A stretch of DNA of 64,000 nt, taken from positions 320,001 through 384,000 of the forward strand of contig CALSNU010000004.1 in NCBI GenBank assembly GCA_943787795.1, read 5' to 3'. Positions 48,487 through 58,591 of this stretch are shown here, one piece after another. The notes below the pieces were generated by a model, which had not been told where the DNA came from, ran no database searches, and was given only the letters and a program-made list of their open reading frames with translations. The number at the start of each line of letters is the position of its first letter. The first letter of the stretch is position 1. Origin of the DNA: an uncultured bacterium (GTDB taxonomy: Bacteria > Planctomycetota > UBA1135 > GCA-002686595). The translations under genes and the position numbers were made by a program.

Positions 48487-48512
48487 CCATTGATCGTGCT
48501 TCGGAGGGAAGT

Positions 48513-48710
48513 ATGTCCATCAGTCGCCTTATACCCATCGGAGCGCTTCCAAGAGGCAGCTCCCCCCAGGGGCATCAGTGCCCCCATCGCGCCCCGGCGC
48601 CAGCTTCTCCAGCGGGATCTTCCCGCCCGTCTCTCACGCCCGAGGCCGCGCCCCCGCCCGCGCTGCCCCACGGTCGAAGAGGCTCACGGAGCAAGCTGAG
48701 GTCTCAGTGA
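48513..48710 (+). CDS. Putative 65-aa leader ORF coupled to btuC
   Basis: GGAGG 5 nt before ATG; TGA overlaps the btuC GTG (GTGA). Confidence 0.45.
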   Translation: MSISRLIPIGALPRGSSPQGHQCPHRAPAPASPAGSSRPSLTPEAAPPPALPHGRRGSRSKLRSQ

Positions 48711-49696
48711 GCCGCCTGAAGGCCACCTGGATCGTCCTGGTCCTCGCGCTCGGTGTCGCCGTCGCGCTCTCGTTTGTCGTCGGTGAGGGAGACCTCTCCA
48801 ACGATGCGCTGAGGAGCACGTTGCTGCGGCTGCGTGCGTGGAGAGTCGCAAACACCCTGTTGGCCGGGGCCGCCCTCGCCGGCGCGGGTGTGCTCGTACA
48901 GGGCTTGTTCCGCAACCCCCTCGCCAGCCCGTCCATCCTGGGAACCAGCGCCGGCGCGACCCTGGGAGGGGTGCTCGTCCTCGTCCTCTGGAACGCCCTC
49001 CTGGCCGCTCGCCTCGACTGGGTCCCGCCCGAGCTCATCCTCCCCGTGGGCTGCCTCGTTGGCGCCTGGGTCTCCCTCTCGATCCTGCTCGCGGTGACCG
49101 GACGGGGCGCCAGCATCGTCACGGTCCTGCTGACAGGGTTCATCCTCTCCAGCCTGTTCCTCAGCCTCGGGAGCCTGCTCATGAGCCTGGCCCAAAACAC
49201 GTGGGAGATGGGCCGCGCGGTGGTCGCCTTCACCCTCGGCGGCGTCGACGCAAAGGGCCCGAGGCACGCCGCCCTCGCGCTCCCGCTCGTCGCGGTCACC
49301 TCCTTCGTCGCCATGGGCTGGAGCCGCCACCTCGACCTGCTCCTCTCCGGTGAGGAGGAGGCCCAGTCCCTCGGCGTCGACGTCAACGCCGCGCGGCGCT
49401 GGGTCATCGTCTGGGCCTCCACCCTCACCGCCGCCGCCGTCGCCATCGGCGGCAACGTGGCCTTCGTCGGGCTCGTGGTCCCCCACGCCCTCCGCCCATT
49501 CACAGGACCCGAGCACCGGGTCCTCATTCCCGCCTCGCTGGTTGGCGGAGCCGCGTTCCTGACCGCGGCCGACGTGCTCACGCGCGTCCTCCCCACCGAG
49601 GGGACGATTCCGCTCGGCGTGGTGACCGGCCTCGTCGGGGCGCCGCTCTTCCTCATCCTCCTCGCCCGCGCCAGCCGCGAGGGGAGGATCGCGTGA
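48707..49696 (+). CDS. btuC: Cobalamin ABC transporter permease (FecCD family)
   Basis: QGLFRNPLASPSILG, GEEEAQSLGV, FVGLVVPH; downstream of the B12 riboswitch. Confidence 0.9.
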   Translation: MSRLKATWIVLVLALGVAVALSFVVGEGDLSNDALRSTLLRLRAWRVANTLLAGAALAGAGVLVQGLFRNPLASPSILGTSAGATLGGVLVLVLWNALLAARLDWVPPELILPVGCLVGAWVSLSILLAVTGRGASIVTVLLTGFILSSLFLSLGSLLMSLAQNTWEMGRAVVAFTLGGVDAKGPRHAALALPLVAVTSFVAMGWSRHLDLLLSGEEEAQSLGVDVNAARRWVIVWASTLTAAAVAIGGNVAFVGLVVPHALRPFTGPEHRVLIPASLVGGAAFLTAADVLTRVLPTEGTIPLGVVTGLVGAPLFLILLARASREGRIA

Positions 49697-50466
49697 GCGA
49701 AGGTCTTCAGGTACGTGGCCTCTGGGCCAGCTATCGGCGCGGTCCGGACGTGGTCCGTGGGATCGACCTCGACGCAGCGCGTGGTTCGATCACCGCGCTC
49801 CTCGGGCCCAACGGGTCCGGCAAGAGCACGCTGCTCAAGGCGGTGGTTGGCCTCGTCGAGTCCCGGGGCGAGGTGTCCCTCGACGGCGAAGATCTCCGCT
49901 CGATCGCCCCCGAGCAACGCGCCCAGCGCGTCGCCTACGTGCCCCAGCGTTCACTGCTCACCGCACCGCTCCTCGTCCATGCGGTCGTCGCGCAGGGCCG
50001 CTTCTCCCACCGCCGGGCGCTCGGGCGCCTCGGCATCGAAGACCGCGAGATCGTGGACCGCGCCCTCGAGGATGCCGATATCACTCACCTGGCGTGTCGT
50101 CCGTTCACGGAGCTCTCAGGAGGCGAGCAGCAGCGCGTCCTGCTCGCGCGGGCGCTCGCGACGGGCGCAGGCGTCCTGCTGATGGATGAGCCCACGAGCG
50201 CCCAGGATGTGCGGCACGCCCTCGAGCTGCACGCGATCCTGAGGCGCCTCAGGGAGCGCGGCGCCGCCATCCTCGTCTGCCTCCACGACCTCTCCGAGGT
50301 GCGCGCCATCGCTGACCGCGCGGTCCTGCTCGAGTGCGGCGCGGTCCACGCGGACGGCCCCACGGACCAGATCGTCCATGACCGTCACATCACGCCCGTG
50401 TACGGCGTCGAGCTGATCGAGGGCGGCGGCCTCGGATTCAGGTTGGCGCAGGGAGGAGAGACCTAG
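49693..50466 (+). CDS. btuD: Cobalamin ABC transporter ATPase
   Basis: GPNGSGKST, LSGGEQQR, LMDEPT, HD. Confidence 0.9.
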   Translation: MSEGLQVRGLWASYRRGPDVVRGIDLDAARGSITALLGPNGSGKSTLLKAVVGLVESRGEVSLDGEDLRSIAPEQRAQRVAYVPQRSLLTAPLLVHAVVAQGRFSHRRALGRLGIEDREIVDRALEDADITHLACRPFTELSGGEQQRVLLARALATGAGVLLMDEPTSAQDVRHALELHAILRRLRERGAAILVCLHDLSEVRAIADRAVLLECGAVHADGPTDQIVHDRHITPVYGVELIEGGGLGFRLAQGGET

Positions 50467-51474
50467 ATGAAGACGGACATCCTCAACGGCGCGCTGCTGA
50501 TCGCGACGCTCTCCGTTTCCATGTGGGCGGCGACCCTCCCAGGCAGCGCACGGACCGTCGTCCCGATGAATGGCGGGGCGGCTGACGCGCCCGACATCGA
50601 AGCGACCGAGGTGGTGGACGCCCGCGGGGTCGCCGTCCCCATCGCAAACTACCAGCGGATCGTCTCGCTCAGCACGATCTCCGACCACGTGCTGCTCGAA
50701 CTCGTCGAGCCCGAGCGAGTCGTCGCCATCACGGAGTACACCTCACGTCACCCGGTCGCGTGGCGCTTCGGCGACCGCCCCACGATCTCGAGTTCAGGCG
50801 CGCTGGAGTCGGTCCTTTCCCTCCGGCCGGACCTCGTGACCGTGACCCTGTATGCCGACGAGGCCTACCTCGCCCGCCTGCGTGAGAACGGGGTCCAGGT
50901 GTTCGACCTCGGAGACATGCGCGGCGTCGGGACGACGCGCGCCAGTATCCGCGCGCTCGGGGCCCTCCTCGACGTCCGCGACCGCGCCGCGGCGCTGGAG
51001 CGAAGCTACGACCGCGAGCTGGCGGCGCTGGATGCGATGGTCCCCGACGACGAGCTCGTCCCCGGCATCTACCTGTCGGTCTACGGCGACACGTTCTTCG
51101 GCGCCACGGCGAACACAAGCTACGCAGACACCCTTCACCTCGGCGGGGTCCGGGACATGGCCGCCGAGCGCGGCTTCGAGGACTGGCCTCAGTACACGGC
51201 CGAGCAGCTCCTCGCGCTGGACCCGCCGCTCATCGTCACGCTCGAGGGGATGGGCAGCGTCATCCGCAGCCACGCGCTCCTCTCCACGCTCAAGGCCTGC
51301 GGCTCCAAGGGCCGGATCGTCGAGATCGACGGTGCCTTCAACGGAGACGCGGGGCTTGGGATCGTCGAGGCGGCCCACCAGGTTCTCTCCCGAGTCCACC
51401 CTGCGCGGGTCTCGCCTCCAGGCACGAACACGGCGGCCCCGACCGGGGCTGCTCCAGCCAAGGACGGCCGCTGA
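50467..51474 (+). CDS. btuF: Cobalamin ABC transporter substrate-binding protein
   Basis: VVDARG..RIVSLS, ESVLSLRPDLV, EQLLALDP; preceded by GGAG RBS. Confidence 0.85.
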   Translation: MKTDILNGALLIATLSVSMWAATLPGSARTVVPMNGGAADAPDIEATEVVDARGVAVPIANYQRIVSLSTISDHVLLELVEPERVVAITEYTSRHPVAWRFGDRPTISSSGALESVLSLRPDLVTVTLYADEAYLARLRENGVQVFDLGDMRGVGTTRASIRALGALLDVRDRAAALERSYDRELAALDAMVPDDELVPGIYLSVYGDTFFGATANTSYADTLHLGGVRDMAAERGFEDWPQYTAEQLLALDPPLIVTLEGMGSVIRSHALLSTLKACGSKGRIVEIDGAFNGDAGLGIVEAAHQVLSRVHPARVSPPGTNTAAPTGAAPAKDGR

Positions 51475-51545
51475 CTCACGGAACAAGACTAGACACTCTC
51501 CTCCGCTGCCTCAGCTTTCCGGGGCAGCTCAACCCACTGATACCA

Positions 51546-52874
51546 ATGAAGACCTTCTCGACTCTCGTCGCCGCAGCCCTTGTGGGAACGGCTCTCACCT
51601 CCACGACCCAGGCCCAGGTCGTTGCCAACGCCGGATATTCGGTCGCTGGTTCGATCGACCTGTCCCCCTACTGCGGGACGTTTCCCGCAGTTCACGTCTT
51701 CACCGACGGCTCCGTCCTGATCTTCGACGGCTCGAACACGTCACACCGCTCCGCGGACGGGACCATCCTCCGCGACTATGGCACGCGGCCCTCCTCGGTC
51801 TTCGCCAGCTTCGTGCGGGTGAACGAGGCGGACAGGCTCGCGTACATCGGAGAGTCCTCGTTCGGCACGATCTCGGAGCTCGACCTCGACACGGGGACCT
51901 CGCGCATCCTGAACACCCTCGTGTTCAACTTCGATCTCGCCTTCGACGTTGTCCCCGGGCTCGCTTACGTCACCGGCTCACCTGGCGGATTCGGGGCGAA
52001 CGCTCTGTACCGACTCGACCTGGTAAGCGGCGACCTGTCCCAGGTGGCCCAGCTGGATGGGTTCTCAGGGCCCGTGGAGGTGGACTCGCTCGGCAACGTC
52101 GTGGTGTCCGTCGACCCTGGCCTCTTCCCCATCCCCGCGGACTCGGTCAAGCTCGTCCGATTCGACAGCGTTGAGGTCACGCTCGGCACCGTGCTGACCG
52201 ACGAGGCCGACGGTGAGGACTTCTCCGTCGCCTACGACGGGATCTCCTCCATGGACTACGACGCCCAAACGGACCGCTATTCGGTGATCGAGGTCAACTC
52301 AGGGCCCACGGCCTCCACGAGCTACGCGTGGAGCGTGAACAGCCTGGGCGACCGCGTCGACCTGGTGGCTAGCGTCCCCGGCTTCGCCGGGGGCGCCCAG
52401 CTAGTCCAGTCCGGCCTCGGCACCGCCTTCGCTGGGTACCAGCCGGAGTACAGCTCGCTTCGGATCTCCTACTCCCAGTGCTTTGGCAACGGTTCGGCGG
52501 ACATTTTCAACGTCGTTCCCCAGCAGGCGACGGCGGTCTTCTCGGGCCCCGGCCCGATGATGACCGGGCCTGCCTTCATCGACGTCGAAGGTGGGGTCCC
52601 GAACGGCTTCGCCTCCCTCTGGGTCGCGCGCTCGTCGGCCTGGGAATCGATCCCGCTGATCGATGACATCGGCGGACTCTACCCCGTCGCGCTGCAGGCC
52701 TCTTCAGCCGCCTTCGGACGCCGCTTCTCGCCCATCCTGCTCAACAGCAGCGGCGCCGGGGGTCTTCTCTTCACCCAGACACCTGCGATCGAAGGAGGCT
52801 TCTTGTTCCAGTGGATCATCCAGGACACCTCGCTTCAGGTCATCTCAACGTCCACAGCGACGATCAACCAGTAG
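51546..52874 (+). CDS. Secreted beta-rich protein with C-terminal module, last gene of the B12 operon
   Basis: Sec signal ending AQA; propeller-like strands; 71 nt after btuF; terminator follows. Confidence 0.85.
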   Translation: MKTFSTLVAAALVGTALTSTTQAQVVANAGYSVAGSIDLSPYCGTFPAVHVFTDGSVLIFDGSNTSHRSADGTILRDYGTRPSSVFASFVRVNEADRLAYIGESSFGTISELDLDTGTSRILNTLVFNFDLAFDVVPGLAYVTGSPGGFGANALYRLDLVSGDLSQVAQLDGFSGPVEVDSLGNVVVSVDPGLFPIPADSVKLVRFDSVEVTLGTVLTDEADGEDFSVAYDGISSMDYDAQTDRYSVIEVNSGPTASTSYAWSVNSLGDRVDLVASVPGFAGGAQLVQSGLGTAFAGYQPEYSSLRISYSQCFGNGSADIFNVVPQQATAVFSGPGPMMTGPAFIDVEGGVPNGFASLWVARSSAWESIPLIDDIGGLYPVALQASSAAFGRRFSPILLNSSGAGGLLFTQTPAIEGGFLFQWIIQDTSLQVISTSTATINQ

Positions 52875-52905
52875 CAGGACAGCGTCTGAAGCGCCACAAC
52901 GGCGC

Positions 52906-52953
52906 GAGACGACCCGTGCTGACCTCCCGGGCCAGCACGGGTCGTTCTCGTTT
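52906..52953 (+). terminator. Probable terminator hairpin
   Basis: ACGACCCGTGCTG...CAGCACGGGTCGT 13-bp stem then TCTCGTTT. Confidence 0.7.
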
Positions 52954-53061
52954 GCAGTCCAGACCCGCCGGTCACTTATAGTCCGATAGGTTGCCCGACC
53001 CTCAACGAGCCAGGATGGCCCTCGTTGAACGGCCTCACTCCCATCCTGCCGAGACACAAGC

Positions 53062-56000
53062 ATGGCGCTCCCCCGACTGATGGCCCTCGCGGCCGTCGCC
53101 CTTGCCCTCACTCCGGCCGTCACGGCGCAGGTCAGGGAGGACCACTACTTCGAGCTTCAGTTCTCCACCAAGGACGGCCTCCCATCGAACTCGATCCGCG
53201 CCCTGGAGTTTGATGCCGACGGCCAGCTCTGGATCGGGACCCTCGCCGGACTGACCATGTTTGACGGGAACGTGTTCACGGACATTCCCGTCACGAACGG
53301 AGGTCCGTCCCTTGCACATCGGATCACCGCGCTCCAATTCGATGCAAACGGCGAACTCCTGATCGGTTCGATGAGCGGCGACTTGCTCCGATACTCGAAT
53401 GGGGCCTTCGAGCGGCTCCTCCCCGGCGGCTCGGGTGCTATTCGCCAGATCAGAGTTCGCTCGGACGGATCAATTGTGACGGCAGGCACCGACCTGCTGG
53501 TCCTGCGGGGCGGGAAGGTGGAGACGCTCGCCTCGTCCAGCAGTAAGCAGCAGGCCACGGGGCTCGAGGAGCACGAGGGCGTCCTGTACGCCGCCGGCCC
53601 TTGGGGCCTCTGGAGGATGAGCGGGGACGATCACGTTCTGCTGGACGAGGGCGAGTATCACTCGCTGTTCTTTGCTCCGGATGGGGACCTCTACTCCGGC
53701 AAGCGCGGCCTGGCCGCCCCCGTCAGAGCCCCGAGCGAGGCCATTGAACTGGACCTCCCGGTCGTCTACGCCTCGAAGAAGGTCAGCGACAAGATGACGA
53801 TGCTCGCGTGCGAGAAGTCGACCCAACTCCTCTTCGCCACGCCGGGCGCGCCGGGCCGCTTCCAACTGCTCGCCGACAAGACAGCGAGAAGGCCGCGGGC
53901 GATCGCGGTCCGAGGGAGCGGGTCATGGATCGGTTCGGATCGCGACGGCCTGCTCTATATCGAACGGACACCTGCATTCCAGTTTGTCAATCGAGCGGGA
54001 GAGCCCTACGTCTATGCGCGCAGCGTCATCGAGCTAGGGCCCGACTCGGCCATCATCCAGCCCCAGAATGGACCGGCTGCACTCTACTCCCAACCCTCTG
54101 CCCAGGCCTTCGGCACCATGGCGGAGATCCCGTTCACAGGCATGGCACCGAAGCGCATCTTCGACTGCACGCGCCTGCGAGACGGGACGGCCTGGATGGC
54201 CTCGCCGGCCGGCGTCCTCCGGTACGAGGGGGGGGCGATCCGTCCAACGCGGTGCGCCACCGGTCCAGTCCGCGCCATCGTCGAGACCCTTGAGGGTGAG
54301 GTCTGGGCCACGGAACCGGGGAGCTTCTTCCGCGTGCTCCCTGACGGAGAGCGTGGCCGTTCCCTGCCTGGACCCTCGGAGGCCCCCACCGTCGTCGCGG
54401 GCAGCCAGGGGGGCATCTTCTACGTCGGGGCCGAGGGCATCTATCACATCAACACGACGGCTGAGGGCGGCCCCATCGAACGAGTCCTCGAACTCAGCGG
54501 GGCTGTGGAGCCTCGCCAACTGAAGATCGGGCCCCGAGGAGACCTCTGGCTGACCACTTACGGCGACGGGCTCTTCAACATCCGCGACCGTGAAGTGAGA
54601 CAGTTCACGGCCGCCTCGGGCCTGAACTGCAATTACCTCGGGTGGATTGACTTCCTCGAGGTCGAGGATATCGACCGCACCTCGATCCTCCTGAACTCGA
54701 ACAGGGGCCTGATCTCCGTTGCCCTCGATGAGTTCGAGGATGAGTCGACCACCTGGTTGGACTCCCTTCAGGTGCTATCCGCCGAGGAGAGCGAGGGCCC
54801 CACCGGCGCCCGACTCGCGTGCGGCACCATTCTGCTCCCGACGCTGGGTGGCCTCTTCGGCTACAGCCTCTACCAGCCGAGCAGCGCAAAGCAGGCGCCA
54901 CGGCCAATGATCGATGCCGTCGTCGTGAACGGCAAGGACCGAGACACCCCCACCGGCGTGCAAGTCACCGAGGTGTTTGGCAAAGCAGATGTCGACATTG
55001 GCTTCACCGCCATCGCGCTGCCCAGCACCGCGGAAGCCACGTTCTCCTACCGCCTGCTGAACACACGCGAGGCAGATGGCTCAGACGTCGCGTGGGTCGA
55101 CAGTTTCTCGGCCAGGTCCGTGCAGTACTTCAACCTGCCCCCAGGCGACTACTCCTTCCAGGTACGGTCGAGATTCCCCGGCACCAACTGGTCAGCCCCG
55201 GAGACGATCAAGGTGGCGAGCGTTCTCCCGTACCTCTACCAGCGCCCTGAGGCCCAGATCGCGCTCCTCCTAGGTCTCTTGATGATGACCGTCTACAGCT
55301 TCGCTCGCTTCCTGCGCGCTGAGGGGACCTCTCAAAAGCTCTCATCACAGGTCGAGCAGACCAAGACACTCGCGGCCCAGGCTGCGCTACGGGAGGACCG
55401 CTACGCTCGGCTTCTGGACTCCTCCCATGACGGAATCGTGCTGATCGAACTCGACGAGCAGATCTCGTTCGCGAACGACGCGGTGACCCGCAGCTTCGGA
55501 TTCGATCGAGCGGAGCTGCTGAAGAAGGACGCCTCATGGCTCGGCATCACGGACACCAAGTCCATCCTCGCAGCCGCCGAGGGAAGTGGGTCTGCCCCCT
55601 TGTTCTCACGCAACGTCCAGGTCACCGACAAGTTCGGCATCCCCCATGAGGCGGACATCATCGCCGCGCGGACCGAGCTCGATGGGAAGGGCTGCCTCCT
55701 CGTGGTCATCCGAGATCTCACCGCGGACAACCTGCTGCTCGACCGCCTGAACACCAGCGAGCGGCGCTTCCAGGCGCTCTTCCAGGGGGCACCTGCCGCC
55801 CTCATCACCTTCGCTCCCGACCTCCGGATCATTGATTGGAACCGGCGCGCTGAAGCGCTGCTCGGCCCGATCGAAGGGGTTGACGCCCAGCTCTCCAGCG
55901 CCTTTGAGTTTGGCCCCGCCCAGCTGAGCTTCGTGGACCAGGTTCATCGGACCACCGAGGCGCGGTCTGAGACCCAGGCGATTCACATGACGAGGGGTCC

Positions 56001-56799
56001 AGCCGGTGAGTCGCTCCGGGTCGCCTGGACCATCTCCCCCCTCACCACGGTACAGGGTGAGGTGACGGTCCTGATGGCTGTCGCCAAGGACCTACGCGAA
56101 GAGGAGCAGGCGCAGGCTCGCCTCGTCGACCTTCAACGCCGGCTCGCCAAGGCCCAGGAGTCAGAGCGGAGCCGGATCGCGCGCGAGATCCACGACGACC
56201 TCTCCCAGCGCCTCGCCGCAACCACCATGAACGCGGCGACGATCCGCGCCCGCCTGCCCAGGACGGACGATGAGGAGGTGCCGCTGATGCTCGACGGCCT
56301 CCACGATGACCTCGACCGCCTGACCACTGACATTCACGCCCTCTCCCGCCAGCTCCACCCGACCGTCCTGGATGACCTGGGGCTCGTACGGGCCATCGAC
56401 TCCGAGTGCGTGCGCCAGAACAGTCTCACCCAGGCCAACATCCTCTTTGATGGCCCGGGCGTGAAGCTCGAGCTCCCCTCGGACGTTGGCTTGACCTACT
56501 TCCGAATCGCCCAGGAGTCGATTCGGAACGCCATCAAGCACGGGAGCCCAGAGTCCATCAACGTGGGGCTCGAGCTTGCCGATCATCACCTCCGCCTCTC
56601 GGTCCACGACGACGGAGTGGGGTTCGAGCTCATCAACGATCGCCCAGAAGCCCACTCGGGGCTCGGGCTCATCAGCATGGGAGAGCGCGCTCGACTCATC
56701 GGGGCCAACTTCTCCATGGACAGCACGCCAGGCGAGGGCACCGAGGTCGTGGTGGAGCTCATGCTCGAGGACGACCAGGCCTTCAGAGCCACCCCCTGA
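53062..56799 (+). CDS. Sensor kinase: beta-propeller, Y_Y_Y, TM, two PAS, HisKA_3, HATPase
   Basis: DGLPSNSI..DADGQLWIGT, YFNLPPGDYSFQVR, ERSRIAREIHDDLSQ, QESIRNAIKH, DDGVGF, GLGL. Confidence 0.93.
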   Translation: MALPRLMALAAVALALTPAVTAQVREDHYFELQFSTKDGLPSNSIRALEFDADGQLWIGTLAGLTMFDGNVFTDIPVTNGGPSLAHRITALQFDANGELLIGSMSGDLLRYSNGAFERLLPGGSGAIRQIRVRSDGSIVTAGTDLLVLRGGKVETLASSSSKQQATGLEEHEGVLYAAGPWGLWRMSGDDHVLLDEGEYHSLFFAPDGDLYSGKRGLAAPVRAPSEAIELDLPVVYASKKVSDKMTMLACEKSTQLLFATPGAPGRFQLLADKTARRPRAIAVRGSGSWIGSDRDGLLYIERTPAFQFVNRAGEPYVYARSVIELGPDSAIIQPQNGPAALYSQPSAQAFGTMAEIPFTGMAPKRIFDCTRLRDGTAWMASPAGVLRYEGGAIRPTRCATGPVRAIVETLEGEVWATEPGSFFRVLPDGERGRSLPGPSEAPTVVAGSQGGIFYVGAEGIYHINTTAEGGPIERVLELSGAVEPRQLKIGPRGDLWLTTYGDGLFNIRDREVRQFTAASGLNCNYLGWIDFLEVEDIDRTSILLNSNRGLISVALDEFEDESTTWLDSLQVLSAEESEGPTGARLACGTILLPTLGGLFGYSLYQPSSAKQAPRPMIDAVVVNGKDRDTPTGVQVTEVFGKADVDIGFTAIALPSTAEATFSYRLLNTREADGSDVAWVDSFSARSVQYFNLPPGDYSFQVRSRFPGTNWSAPETIKVASVLPYLYQRPEAQIALLLGLLMMTVYSFARFLRAEGTSQKLSSQVEQTKTLAAQAALREDRYARLLDSSHDGIVLIELDEQISFANDAVTRSFGFDRAELLKKDASWLGITDTKSILAAAEGSGSAPLFSRNVQVTDKFGIPHEADIIAARTELDGKGCLLVVIRDLTADNLLLDRLNTSERRFQALFQGAPAALITFAPDLRIIDWNRRAEALLGPIEGVDAQLSSAFEFGPAQLSFVDQVHRTTEARSETQAIHMTRGPAGESLRVAWTISPLTTVQGEVTVLMAVAKDLREEEQAQARLVDLQRRLAKAQESERSRIAREIHDDLSQRLAATTMNAATIRARLPRTDDEEVPLMLDGLHDDLDRLTTDIHALSRQLHPTVLDDLGLVRAIDSECVRQNSLTQANILFDGPGVKLELPSDVGLTYFRIAQESIRNAIKHGSPESINVGLELADHHLRLSVHDDGVGFELINDRPEAHSGLGLISMGERARLIGANFSMDSTPGEGTEVVVELMLEDDQAFRATP

Positions 56800-57713
56800 T
56801 GCCCGGAACGGAGCTGCTTCGCCGCCGACTCTCCGGCCCAGAGCCTCTCATCCTGGACGGCGCGACCGCGACAGGGCTGTGCGCGATCCGGCCGGAGGTG
56901 CACCCCGGAGGCGGGCTTGAGCGGCTGAGTCTCGACCAGCCTGACGCCGTGGTCGAGCTGTACACCGAATTCCTGAGCGCCGGGGCCCAGGTCCTGCGGA
57001 CGAACACGTTCTGCGCGAGCGAGCGCGAGCTGAGACGGCTCGGCCTCACCCATCAGGCAGAAGATCTCTCGCGTCGAGCCGCTGAGCTGGCTCGCGAGGC
57101 AGCCGACCGCTGCGACCTCGACCCGCTCTGCCTGGGGGTCATCGGACCAGGTACGACCTCGGCCCATGAGGGCGGCGAAGCGGGCACCGACCCGGGCCGA
57201 ATCCGAGGGCTCCTGGATGGAGGGGTGGACGGGATCCTCGCAGAGACGCTGCCCTCTCTCCGCGTCGCCCGGCGCATCGCCGACGCGGTCCGGCAGGTCA
57301 GCCGGGAGGTCAGCCGGGAGGTGCCGTTCCTGGCCAGCTTCAGCCTCACGGCGGACGGCGAGCTGCCGGGGGGCGGCGACGCCGGAGACCTCGCCCGCCT
57401 GGCCGAGGAGCTGGACCTGGATTTGCTGGGACTCAACTGCGCCTTTGGGCCCGAGCCCATGGACGCTCCCCTCGCCGCGGTACGCGCCGCCTGGCGAGGG
57501 CCGCTCGGCGCCTGGCCGAACGCCGGGCTACCCGACACCTCCGGGGATCACCCGGTCTGGCCCATTGACCCAGACGCCCTCGCCGCGTGGTGCAGCCGCG
57601 CGGCCAGGTCCCACGACCTGCGGGTGGTCGGAGGCTGCTGTGGCACCTCGGCGGCGCACGTCGCGGCCATCGCCCACGCCCTCGGTCAGTCCGGCGGCGC
57701 GACCTGCCCCTGA
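56799..57713 (+). CDS. Stand-alone homocysteine S-methyltransferase domain (MetH N-terminal-like)
   Basis: LILDGA, TNTF, AET, GLNC, PNAG, GGCCGT (Zn-ligating Cys intact). Confidence 0.9.
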   Translation: MPGTELLRRRLSGPEPLILDGATATGLCAIRPEVHPGGGLERLSLDQPDAVVELYTEFLSAGAQVLRTNTFCASERELRRLGLTHQAEDLSRRAAELAREAADRCDLDPLCLGVIGPGTTSAHEGGEAGTDPGRIRGLLDGGVDGILAETLPSLRVARRIADAVRQVSREVSREVPFLASFSLTADGELPGGGDAGDLARLAEELDLDLLGLNCAFGPEPMDAPLAAVRAAWRGPLGAWPNAGLPDTSGDHPVWPIDPDALAAWCSRAARSHDLRVVGGCCGTSAAHVAAIAHALGQSGGATCP

Positions 57714-58591
57714 TCGGAAGCTGAGATCCCTGCGCCGACGAGGAGCAGCGCCGCCCCGAGCACCTCCTCGAGGCCGAAGGACTGACCGAGCGCGACCCAG
57801 GCCAGCGCCGCGGCCCCCGCAGGCTCGAGCAGCACCGTCAGCGAGACCACGTGCACGGGCAAGGACCTCGCCGCCCAGTTCATGGATCCGTGCCCGATCA
57901 GCCCCGGGCCAAGGCCGAGCCAGAGGATCGCGATCACCTCGACCCCACCGGCCTCCGGAACCCAGACCTCTCCGCCGCTGAGCAGGACCCATCCGCCAAT
58001 CGTCAGGGCTGCGACCCCGTTGACCCAGGCCAGCAACGTCGGGAGGGGCAGCGCGTGCCCGACGCCCCGGTTCACCACGAGGTAAGCCGCGCTGCAGGCC
58101 CCCGCGAGGACCGCGAGACCGTCCCCTAGCAGCGTCGCGGTCCCTGCATCCGATCCCGTCAGGATGGCCGTCCCGAACAACGCTACCGCCACGCCGAAGG
58201 CCAGGCGCCAGGAGACTCGATCACCAAGGAAGAGACCGAAGAGGCCGGCGAAGAGCGTCTGCAACCCCACCAAGACCGCCCCGTGGGCGACGGAGGTGAG
58301 CGTCAGGCTGAGGATCCACAGGGAAAAATGCGCGCCGAGGAGCGCGCCGGAGATCCAAATCCGCCGCCGGGTCGCCCTGTCGACCTGCGCCAACAGGAGC
58401 CCGGCTCCGCGCAGGCGGGCAATCAACGCCCAGGCGAGAGCCGTGATCGCAACCCTCGACGCCGCCACGGTCGCGGGCGGCGCCGGCGCGGCGATCACGA
58501 TCACGACCGCGGCGCTGGAGAAGAGGAGCCAGCTGACCAGGAGGCTCAAGCCGAGCCGGCGGCGACGTTGTGAGGAGGGGGTCAAGGGCAC
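57686..58591 (-). CDS. EamA/DMT family transporter
   Basis: About 10 TM; LGAHF..W..SL..TSVA, GDGLA, GH..MNWA, LLEP. Confidence 0.88.
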   Translation of the reverse strand: MPLTPSSQRRRRLGLSLLVSWLLFSSAAVVIVIAAPAPPATVAASRVAITALAWALIARLRGAGLLLAQVDRATRRRIWISGALLGAHFSLWILSLTLTSVAHGAVLVGLQTLFAGLFGLFLGDRVSWRLAFGVAVALFGTAILTGSDAGTATLLGDGLAVLAGACSAAYLVVNRGVGHALPLPTLLAWVNGVAALTIGGWVLLSGGEVWVPEAGGVEVIAILWLGLGPGLIGHGSMNWAARSLPVHVVSLTVLLEPAGAAALAWVALGQSFGLEEVLGAALLLVGAGISASDQGQVAPPD

